IMG/VR virus record: IMGVR_UViG_3300028388_004019
Coordinates: 64,001 to 128,000 of that record
Direction: 5' to 3' (one strand)
Length of the DNA stretch: 64,000 nucleotides
Source of the DNA: a virus
The notes under the pieces are model-generated. The model saw nothing but the letters and a program-made list of their open reading frames with translations. It was not told the DNA's origin and made no database searches. Below, piece by piece: positions 58,101 through 64,000 of the stretch (its first letter is position 1; every line of letters begins with the position of its first letter). Both the position numbers and the translations under genes were made by a program.

Positions 58101-58693
58101 TACCCTTTGACCGTCAAATAAAATAATGGATAGGGTAATTGAAAAAATGCGGAATATGGTGAGTTTTCACCCAATTCAAATAATGTTCTACCCTGAACGT
58201 CAACCATTTCAATGTCTACTTGAGGTATGAAAGACGCATTATTTTTTATGTTGATTGATGTGATACCTAAAAGTTGAGTGTCTTGTGAGTTGTTGACTAT
58301 AGAACCTTGTTGTGTTATTTGTGTCTGATTGATTGCAGTGCCATTGAGTGAGCCTTCACCTGTCAATTGGTCAGTGTAACTTGTATCTAAATACTTTTTT
58401 CCTTGTGGTTTTAGAAAATTAATCTTACCATCCTCAGTCTCACCAAAATTAGCAATCTTCACATTACGAGACATTTGGTCGGTATTTTCACCAACTGCTA
58501 ATTTTGTTCTCGGGATTATTCTTGCCTCCAAGTTAGCATACATAACAAGGTTTTCATGTTCAACAAGTCTTTCAACCTGTTGACCATCTGAATTGATAAC
58601 TTTATTCGGGTCCACTAAGACAATATTGTCAAATTGGTCGAACGCTATCTTTTCTCCTCCATAAAAACTCCTAAAGTTTTGATTAACGGCCAT
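52193..58693 (-). CDS. Baseplate hub protein, gp27/GpD/VgrG-like, with a very large insertion, 2166 aa
   Basis: N-term LLGITSINIK..PQVDIEMVDVQG..F.LTVKGYYG..F.ARFD; C-term ITSMGNVMIQPTMYFNL..GPYWITDVSHNITPGDFMTTFSGVR. Confidence 0.7.
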   Translation of the reverse strand: MAVNQNFRSFYGGEKIAFDQFDNIVLVDPNKVINSDGQQVERLVEHENLVMYANLEARIIPRTKLAVGENTDQMSRNVKIANFGETEDGKINFLKPQGKKYLDTSYTDQLTGEGSLNGTAINQTQITQQGSIVNNSQDTQLLGITSINIKNNASFIPQVDIEMVDVQGRTLFELGENSPYSAFFQLPYPLFYLTVKGYYGKAVRYELMMKSFNARFDPTDGNYKVSISFIGRTAAILSDLSLGALFALPHMYETNLLVDSNEDPSDYNGDQTTIDNQLNRESSQAVGRGDDEVVTTPIVVTRGEKVINDVYSTYVSKGLIDPKLPRLTLSELNSRLKGLEDFIRQQFSKEDLSVLNDIESYGKVIKGYREYVTLFRNTRWPFEYLDTTKRFIDNENGIYYGLKKTKDSLQDQEDARSILDAKIKEFNQKLSDNATFGENGEYSILGKKKSSSIPVNIGIEDLEFDLDFDDVNLTKSYQSQKNATPTDLDLAAYELEVRNYFNIQNTYYNLDLTPDEELTSKFYGFGQISDSRNVTKSSFLGKLDKIEKIYKDKAETIQKELSTALAQKIENPDGALGFKPTIRNVMAILMANVDAFYRLMDEVHTDAWNVKDDPIRQNVIINQQTTNGVDTKDTILSNTDTEKVVYPWPQYFEKELDEDGNERYVVKYLGDPKVESSTKSYLYDKWPEVEFIEEFIKGKLQRRVEQKSANFGNTKTELSSIPVNPVEFPYSQIPYTNLSEVPFLYELWERTYLSSNYSKLFRPNQSPQNLYQVVADFETLTIKKAIESDPFLKMKLKRLGINSSNFESLLSHVSNNGTGVSWNTFLADVFVTPYIRDYTDKFFELYDLETFNEKSPTIDISDDSEVKLRNYLESPETDGIGFVDVYPLTNLEWLQKNVARGSELGSVDQSNITRNSMYFSSEKKTVVSFNEAKLGLSSSVNDTPSMPTTWYSNSGSTISVPSYGTIKAEYERRQNNKDYFVTEGAIDYGNNYSGFTSRYQTTSLLNTPYFINSINKSVVDSKNGVDNPYSTMGYLFINSLPLQTLREKMNKGKGNPKGEFNDYNFAIYNKFGALHKMPYSWVVKYGSIWYRYKKYITDGIDILDDVWTNIDEDKLYDPLSQSPSKLELYKIPRYGNTGTTNYQMEVTYFGSQIGANTIQSNVGFYPEIINNINYLFGYNEFITGTTAQDFRNYFSGNTQLSGSGLKIATNNNSAFNIERFNNTVVSIGPPVQFEIERYNINSYYTFYDKPQLYDGSFKDRVICYPSAGGGDFNQSQFEVTNPQGKTENNPLSHPLYDGSIKTLWGGSHYGYFDASLLNKPTYRQYIKTIDNEKTQQDSFNLEGLSEYSSIEEILAVFNSDIMNLFEEEFLKFCKDPNRDTNVEGPNLINTMRSLFFVERPELVNNQDLDGKKIANQQLKSFKQEMIKFVGNSYIFKNANPSNFDRRVWNSFTDDSRYQTQNQRIDFGTYIPNSLPSLTNSTTLGISEGNYPDAWRALRLVVGEYDADGMEYSDSGSFITDFFIDMDIEFNEDNVNQLGPIIQIYASQKYEKPSMSSTEFMTSFNEYLTLLDSSQKKIQNNLFTKLNKDLPVITEETENIKSSMTGDAAKLELYEFFKALNDKWISGGDFETRTLFEDFLFLDRANRDIGDKLIVDVTSLVGYINDEVNGNSIYTLIGHLIQKNNMLFMALPSYTNFYGVSDPSPDARPEEGIENSASDVFGTFLEVDHNNSRPRFLCLYTDKVSEHLNQSENVDYRFGDDSFDIYKAEVLRENQTDKTDYAFSNKVVGFNVDFGVRNQGIFKSVSLDQSQFKDTSESFRILTDMANQSKGSKTFQQSTSLYNIYKNRSYNCQITSMGNVMIQPTMYFNLRYVPMFTGPYWITDVSHNITPGDFMTTFSGVRISKYSFPNIKELTMSVNIDLLKRLNEQYNKPKQQNQNVTNDEGTSTPITNEQSTANGVQGNATEIGSSNCTPIARYVGLDYVPLRDETLSYSNIKDYVKTLTLLRDDMDVRRLIGLIPWIEFTVNNSSVKFKNGNLGNLTTNKILRGVDVSDLEGQVCVNMGGQNVPLASFTDWKKSMDSIKALLNTPSVYNDMSQIGQSSTDDKNEDVYAKIYIKYFYSQISTDSEFNRIITNPANDQEKQIKQRYETVVPLFDQGIKWYVSTN

Positions 58694-59000
58694 AATAATA
58701 GAAGTGTGTATCTAAAGCATTTTTATAATCCTGTAAAGATTGAACCAATGGAAAAGGTACAATTAATACAGACCCATCAGGAATGTCTTTTTCTAAACTA
58801 CCATATTGTGGGTTAGCCATTTGAATCAACCAACCGAAGAATGGTGTTTTATAAAACTCATCACTAATTTTATCTAATCTACTCACACCTGCTCTATAAA
58901 CATACCTCTTATCCGTAGTTTTTGAAGGCAAATTGATATTAGGAACAACAGTTTGTCGACCATTCAATAAAAATTTCTGATATCTATCGTAATACTGCAT
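58683..59000 (-). CDS. LysM-like baseplate wedge protein, gp53/tail X-like, 105 aa
   Basis: YVYRAGVSRLDKISDEFYKTPFFGWLIQMANP..IPDGSVLIVP. Confidence 0.8.
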   Translation of the reverse strand: MQYYDRYQKFLLNGRQTVVPNINLPSKTTDKRYVYRAGVSRLDKISDEFYKTPFFGWLIQMANPQYGSLEKDIPDGSVLIVPFPLVQSLQDYKNALDTHFYYYGR

Positions 59001-62000
59001 TATTGAAATTTAACTTTGTTATTCCATTTATTTGCCTCTCCTTCATTATTACCAGTATATAATTTTTCTATCAACTGTTTGTCGGCGTTGCTTGGTGTTG
59101 TGTTATTTTTGAATGTGAATTCTCTAACTTTTCCCTTAGCATAAGGTAAGTCTTTGAACTCGGAAGTAGAGTTTACTTCATCTTCATACCCATCGAAAAG
59201 ATTTTTTATCTGTGTCTGTGCGTCTTGGAAGTCAGATTTCCATTGACCTATTGTGAATTTTATAGCCTGAATCCACTTATCGGGTTTTGTGAAATTATTT
59301 TCATTAATGAACTTAGTCAGTTCCTCTATGAGTGATATATCGTTATCAAGGATATATTTAAAGAATGTCAAATAAAATCTTTTACCAAAGGCATCTTTAA
59401 CATCCGAAATCATGACTGTCATACTTAAATCTTTTTGATAAACAGTATTACTATTTTCAGGTGCAATTATAGCGAAGTTATTACCATTAACTTCATATAC
59501 ATTCGTTTTGGTTAGAGAATCTAATTGATTAAGTTTTGAACTAATTATACCAAAGTCACCTTCCAACTCGTCAAATGTATCTGTATAATCATTACTATAC
59601 ACTTCCGTAGTTGCAGTCAAATCATAAATGACCGTTTGGTCACTCTGAATAAAACCATCAATCTTCTCATATACTACATTCAATTTATCCATGACACGAG
59701 TCATATCAGTCTCTTTAGTGGTCAACTCTTGTAATTTAGTTGTCATCTCAGACACATAACCATTTTGGACTCGAGTGATAATTTCTTTTATCTTTTTATC
59801 GTATTTATTTACATCTTTATTTTTAAAACCTCTACTATCTCTAAATGTAATTCCTCCCGAAGCATATTGTAATGGGTGTTCGTCATTGTCAACATCTTTT
59901 AGTGATTCTTTAAATTGGTAATCCATCTCTTGGGTCAAGTTTTGACTTTTACCAAATATCCTTGTTGATGTTCCCATTACCTCACCATTAAAATATCTTC
60001 TATCTTTAGTGAATAGTCTCAAACCTATCTCACCATAATTTTCGGCAATACTTTGTAAAGTAGGAGATACACTGTCTCTGTAGGTTTCATATTTATCAGA
60101 TAAGTCATCCATAATACCTTTATAAGAAATTGTACCAGTAACAGAGGTACCTGAATTTTCTGTTAGTATTGATGTGACTTCACCGATAGTTGACCCACCG
60201 TCCTTTACATCTTCACCACTAATATCATCTATACTGAAAGCAACATCACCACCCAAAGCTTCAATAATTTCTCTGTCAATTTCTGATTGGTCTTCTGTTG
60301 CCACAGACCTTTCATCATACATTTCAGTATTAGCGTAGTAGTTGAAGGAAAGTGCATTCTGTAATTGAGCAACAGGCTCCTTCAGACCATGACCTCCGAT
60401 AAAATAGAATGATAAACTTACATCAGCAATCATCGGTTGAACCCCAATACCCTCAGGATTCAAATCCAAAACTAAAGGTTCGTACCTTAGACTCATCTGA
60501 TTAATAGCAATTTTAGTATGCCAGAAATCCCCAACTCTTAAAACACATATCGGTGGTGAACCAAATGCAGTATTCAAGGCATTATTCTCGAGTGGATTAC
60601 CATCAGGACCTATGGTAGGAATTGTTTCACCAGGTCTCATACATTGTTGTAAGAAAGTTAATCGTGAATTCAAACCTTCGGGGGTCATTGAATGGAATAC
60701 AGGATTAAAGTATTTAATTTTTTCTTTTATTCCTTCATATAGGAATGAAGTATCATCAGATATACTTTCGAAGTAATCACACTCAGACAGTAATTTTCTA
60801 AGTATCTTCTTAGTGATACCTTCTCTCAATTGTAATTCTTGTGTCTGTCGTGGGGCACCAGTACCTTTTTCTATGACTTTTACTTTTTCAGAAGTTTCAG
60901 AAACTTCCTTTACAACTTCCTCGTCTGTTTGGTCTTTAGGTTTTGGTGTTTCTATAAGTGTAATATTTTTCACAACACTTCTACGACATCCCATCGCTTG
61001 TACGGAATAAATCTTAGAGTCCCCACTCAGAGGAGATGAACAATCAACACCATCAATGGTAGTTGTTTCTCCCACGGCAGATTCACTAAAACCAATGAAT
61101 TTTTTACCTTCTAATTTTTCAATTCGAGAATCCCCAAATATTTGTTTTCTTACTGAATCATTTCTCCTTTTAGATAAGTTTATATTATAAGTGTTATCAT
61201 TTGGAGATGATGCTGAACCCGCTAATTCAATATTTACTCTATATCCATTCGTTATTGCTTCAACTAATTTGTTTATAAAAGTATCTAAAGAATTTTTACC
61301 CTTTTCTATCTGTTGAGTAAAAAATGTTTCCACTTGTTCTTTTTGTCCTATTCCTTCAGCCTTTTTTAGGTAAGTACTTTTTTGTGAAATATAAGAGTTA
61401 TATGATGTATTGTAGTTTATAGTCGAAGTTGTTGTTCTTGTATTTGAGTTTGGTTTATCATTATCAAAATATAATGAAAGATTCTCAAACTGAGTAAATT
61501 GTGGTTTTTGTGGAGTATCCACTGGAACATTATCAGGTTCAGGATTTTCTTTTGGAATTTCTCTTTCGTATTCTCTAAATGTTTCAGGATTATTAGTTTT
61601 AGTAACAACTTCGTAAATATCATTGAAACTCAACTGACCATACTTTTTAGCTAACTCATAAATGTCCAATGTCTTACATCCCGCAAAGAAACTATCAACA
61701 ATTTTTGTAACTTCCGAGTCAGGGGTAATATTAGCCAATTCTTTCTTAACCAATGTATTCAATACCGAAGGGTGGTCAACTAACATTTTGAATGATAATG
61801 AACCCTGTCTTTGACTATTCGAATAGGTGTATATTGGTTCAGGTCTCCCTAAAAAATCATTGGTGGTCCAATTTGCAGTGACACTTTCATCAACTCTAAT
61901 ATCATATGGTGGGAACCACATCACTCTACCACCCGAAGGACCCTTTTCACAATTTGGTAAGTCTTGTGTCATATTTGATGTTCTCCACGCTAAATTCTCA

Positions 62001-63592
62001 ATAGATAACATATATTTTGTCGCCTCACCATTCTGAATATTCAGACCTTCTACAGGGGCTATGTTAAGATTGTATGTGTTATCTAAAACAGAGTTAGTAA
62101 ACTTACGAATGTTACCTTCACTCTTTTGAAGGTCGGCCATTGTATAATAAGGAGTATCTTTGGTGAATACTCTACAATATTCTTTTCCAACCTCAACACC
62201 GTTTTCATTCACATATCTTTTAACTCTCGAACCTTTGGTTATTTCTCTTGTCCCATCGAAAAATACTTTCGATACTTGATTGATAGCATTTCCTACATGA
62301 CTAAGTCGTGCTTGTCCTTGTAACCCATCAGCTGCATCAACCAACCTTTGAGTATCATCGAGTATTGAACCCTTTGTGAGGTTATATCTTCCTGATGAAG
62401 AAGCGTTGAATTGAGAACTAATTGGAGGGAAACCGTCATCTCCACCTTCAATTTTACCACCCTTACCAACTTTTTTACCTGCAGCTCTCGAACTTTTTGG
62501 GGAAACCCATGTAAACCCTCCTTGAATGTCAGGGGAGTCACCAGGTTCTACAGTATTCAAACCAAACTTAAACTTTTGTTCACCTTCATATAAGTCAGCT
62601 AATTCACCATATCCTCTGACCGCAGTCGGTACTCTCTTACCAAACTCATCAACAGGTAATTCATTGGAAGGTGCAACAATATCGTTAGGGTCTTGTACTC
62701 TCGAACCGATATAGTAATTTGGACCTGGTGCAAAAAAGTTAGGGTCTGATATAAAATTCAATTTATAATCAGGTCTAAATCTATTATATTCTAACGCTTT
62801 GAATAACGAAGAAGTCTGACCTCTACCTGTGTTGTTTAGGAAAATATCTGAACCATTTTTCTTCTCAGGTAATAAATCTCTAAAACCTAATAGGTTACTA
62901 ATAGCATTTATACCTGTGTTTAAGTAACTCGTTGAACCCTCAAAATAATCACCAGGAATCCATGAGAATGGAACATAAACACCAGTAATTCTACTGATGA
63001 AGTCCAATCCTTTACCCACAATATTTGTGGGAGATGAAATCGTCCAATCAGGTTCAATTAATTCCTGTCTACCCCTTAATATATCAGCGGCAATAAATGG
63101 GTCTTGTAACGCACTTAATATATTGACCCTACCTAAAGTTTCTTGTCTTATTTCCTCGTCAACTCTATACTGAAACTCATCTTGTAATGATTTGGCTGCA
63201 ATCTGTACCATTGCAGAATCCTGAGTCAATGAACCATTTGTACCTTGTGGGTCGTCATTGAATAAAATCTGAGCACCTGTATATGTTGAAGCTACAAACT
63301 TATAATACGTGTCTCTTTGGGTTACTAACTTTTGTACGTCTTGAACTACATACCTATCATCATAACCATCGGATGGACCATATTGGTTTTGTATGAATAA
63401 TCTAACCTCTTCTTTATCACCAATATCTTCAACTTCAGCACTATCCACAACAGAATAATTGGTCAATGTAAGTTCTGATTGACCAGGGTTTGTTGTAGGA
63501 GAAAAACCATCACTATTGAAAGGTGGTAAGTTCTTTACCAACAACTTCTTTCTGATGTCTTCTGTTGAATTAAATGATAATGGACTTGGCAT
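59000..63592 (-). CDS. Tail tube initiator/baseplate (gp48/gp54-like) protein with an inserted OmpA-like domain, 1530 aa
   Basis: FPPYDIRVDESVTANW...GRPEPIYTYSNSQRQGSLSF and PPICVLRVGDFW..KI.I..MSLRYE..PMIADVSLSF flank LYFDND..IELAGSASSP..YNINLSKRRNDSV..GE..CRR. Confidence 0.7.
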   Translation of the reverse strand: MPSPLSFNSTEDIRKKLLVKNLPPFNSDGFSPTTNPGQSELTLTNYSVVDSAEVEDIGDKEEVRLFIQNQYGPSDGYDDRYVVQDVQKLVTQRDTYYKFVASTYTGAQILFNDDPQGTNGSLTQDSAMVQIAAKSLQDEFQYRVDEEIRQETLGRVNILSALQDPFIAADILRGRQELIEPDWTISSPTNIVGKGLDFISRITGVYVPFSWIPGDYFEGSTSYLNTGINAISNLLGFRDLLPEKKNGSDIFLNNTGRGQTSSLFKALEYNRFRPDYKLNFISDPNFFAPGPNYYIGSRVQDPNDIVAPSNELPVDEFGKRVPTAVRGYGELADLYEGEQKFKFGLNTVEPGDSPDIQGGFTWVSPKSSRAAGKKVGKGGKIEGGDDGFPPISSQFNASSSGRYNLTKGSILDDTQRLVDAADGLQGQARLSHVGNAINQVSKVFFDGTREITKGSRVKRYVNENGVEVGKEYCRVFTKDTPYYTMADLQKSEGNIRKFTNSVLDNTYNLNIAPVEGLNIQNGEATKYMLSIENLAWRTSNMTQDLPNCEKGPSGGRVMWFPPYDIRVDESVTANWTTNDFLGRPEPIYTYSNSQRQGSLSFKMLVDHPSVLNTLVKKELANITPDSEVTKIVDSFFAGCKTLDIYELAKKYGQLSFNDIYEVVTKTNNPETFREYEREIPKENPEPDNVPVDTPQKPQFTQFENLSLYFDNDKPNSNTRTTTSTINYNTSYNSYISQKSTYLKKAEGIGQKEQVETFFTQQIEKGKNSLDTFINKLVEAITNGYRVNIELAGSASSPNDNTYNINLSKRRNDSVRKQIFGDSRIEKLEGKKFIGFSESAVGETTTIDGVDCSSPLSGDSKIYSVQAMGCRRSVVKNITLIETPKPKDQTDEEVVKEVSETSEKVKVIEKGTGAPRQTQELQLREGITKKILRKLLSECDYFESISDDTSFLYEGIKEKIKYFNPVFHSMTPEGLNSRLTFLQQCMRPGETIPTIGPDGNPLENNALNTAFGSPPICVLRVGDFWHTKIAINQMSLRYEPLVLDLNPEGIGVQPMIADVSLSFYFIGGHGLKEPVAQLQNALSFNYYANTEMYDERSVATEDQSEIDREIIEALGGDVAFSIDDISGEDVKDGGSTIGEVTSILTENSGTSVTGTISYKGIMDDLSDKYETYRDSVSPTLQSIAENYGEIGLRLFTKDRRYFNGEVMGTSTRIFGKSQNLTQEMDYQFKESLKDVDNDEHPLQYASGGITFRDSRGFKNKDVNKYDKKIKEIITRVQNGYVSEMTTKLQELTTKETDMTRVMDKLNVVYEKIDGFIQSDQTVIYDLTATTEVYSNDYTDTFDELEGDFGIISSKLNQLDSLTKTNVYEVNGNNFAIIAPENSNTVYQKDLSMTVMISDVKDAFGKRFYLTFFKYILDNDISLIEELTKFINENNFTKPDKWIQAIKFTIGQWKSDFQDAQTQIKNLFDGYEDEVNSTSEFKDLPYAKGKVREFTFKNNTTPSNADKQLIEKLYTGNNEGEANKWNNKVKFQ

Positions 63593-63608
63593 CTATTTCA
63601 GTTTTCTA

Positions 63609-63616
63609 TATAAATA
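63609..63616 (-). promoter_or_regulatory. TATTTATA motif
   Basis: tataaata 16 nt upstream of ATG 63592. Confidence 0.65.
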
Positions 63617-63638
63617 GATGAAAGGATTATTTTATGAT

Positions 63639-63998
63639 TTAATAAGTAGTACCTTGACGAGCCATTTCTTGTTGAATCATCTGAGTAAGATTGGCTAACG
63701 CGGTTGGGTCGGTTTGTAATGATGATAAAGACATACCACCACCCTGTAATTGAATGGTACCACTGTGGTTTACATTGAGGTCATCAAATGTTCCTCTAAC
63801 TACTTCAACCTTCATTGGGTCTGTATTGGTCACTTTTGCTACATTAACAGGAATAACCGCACTTGGTACTACACCTGAACCCGAACCTGAATTAGAACCA
63901 CTACCACCTGTATTATTACCACCAGGTAAATTAGGTAAACCTACACTTGGTAAATTATAATTTGGTAACGATACGTTTGGTAGGTTTAAGTTAGTAAG
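63639..63998 (-). CDS. C-terminal end of a larger ORF entering from the right edge (possibly tape-measure-like); 5'-partial
   Basis: Frame open to the window end: LTNLNLPNVSLPNYNLPSVGLPNLPGGNNTGGSGSNSGSGSG...MIQQEMARQGTTY*. Identity rests on position only. Confidence 0.55.
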   Translation of the reverse strand, partial: LTNLNLPNVSLPNYNLPSVGLPNLPGGNNTGGSGSNSGSGSGVVPSAVIPVNVAKVTNTDPMKVEVVRGTFDDLNVNHSGTIQLQGGGMSLSSLQTDPTALANLTQMIQQEMARQGTTY

Positions 63999-64000
63999 TC

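Noticed and set aside
1-64000. Stop-codon recoding (alternative genetic code)
   Set aside because: Standard code gives dense, long ORFs, and TAA, TAG (52193) and TGA (3821) all end genes.
1-64000. tRNA, rRNA, integrase or transposase genes; gp5-like spike gene
   Set aside because: Intergenic gaps are short and no such motifs were recognised; the spike is probably encoded outside this window.

Overview
64 kb segment of a large, AT-rich, T4-like tailed phage (jumbo/megaphage type), probably infecting Bacteroidota. Host hints are a class Id-type RNR, SprB repeats, PRMT..QR..I..P..GL.VY motifs and A-rich starts without Shine-Dalgarno sequences. All real genes except one 57-aa ORF lie on the minus strand. 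In transcription order (right to left) the window holds: (1) the end of a Gly/Pro-rich ORF, a 1530-aa tail-tube-initiator-like protein with an inserted OmpA-like domain, a LysM/gp53-like wedge protein and a 2166-aa gp27-like hub; (2) an inserted replication/nucleotide block (gp32-like SSB, RecA, 5'-3' exonuclease, DnaB, ATP-cone NrdB, NrdA); (3) gp25, gp6, four unknown structural genes, a 1721-aa protein and a gp7-like protein; (4) five large fibre/adhesin genes, two with long mucin-like Thr/Pro tracts; (5) a glycan-modification operon (GT60-type polypeptide GlcNAc-transferase, NodU/CmcH carbamoyltransferase, two HtrL/YibB-type domains, FkbM methyltransferase, GT-A domain); (6) a >1258-aa ORF missed by the ORF track because it runs off the left edge, made of an N-terminal Hint domain, Cys-rich modules and ~700 aa of Thr/Pro repeats. 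The best candidate for an undescribed system is phage-encoded O-glycosylation of mucin-like virion proteins, with a self-cleaving N-terminal Hint domain on one putative substrate. All family assignments are by-eye motif recognition; no database searches were run.
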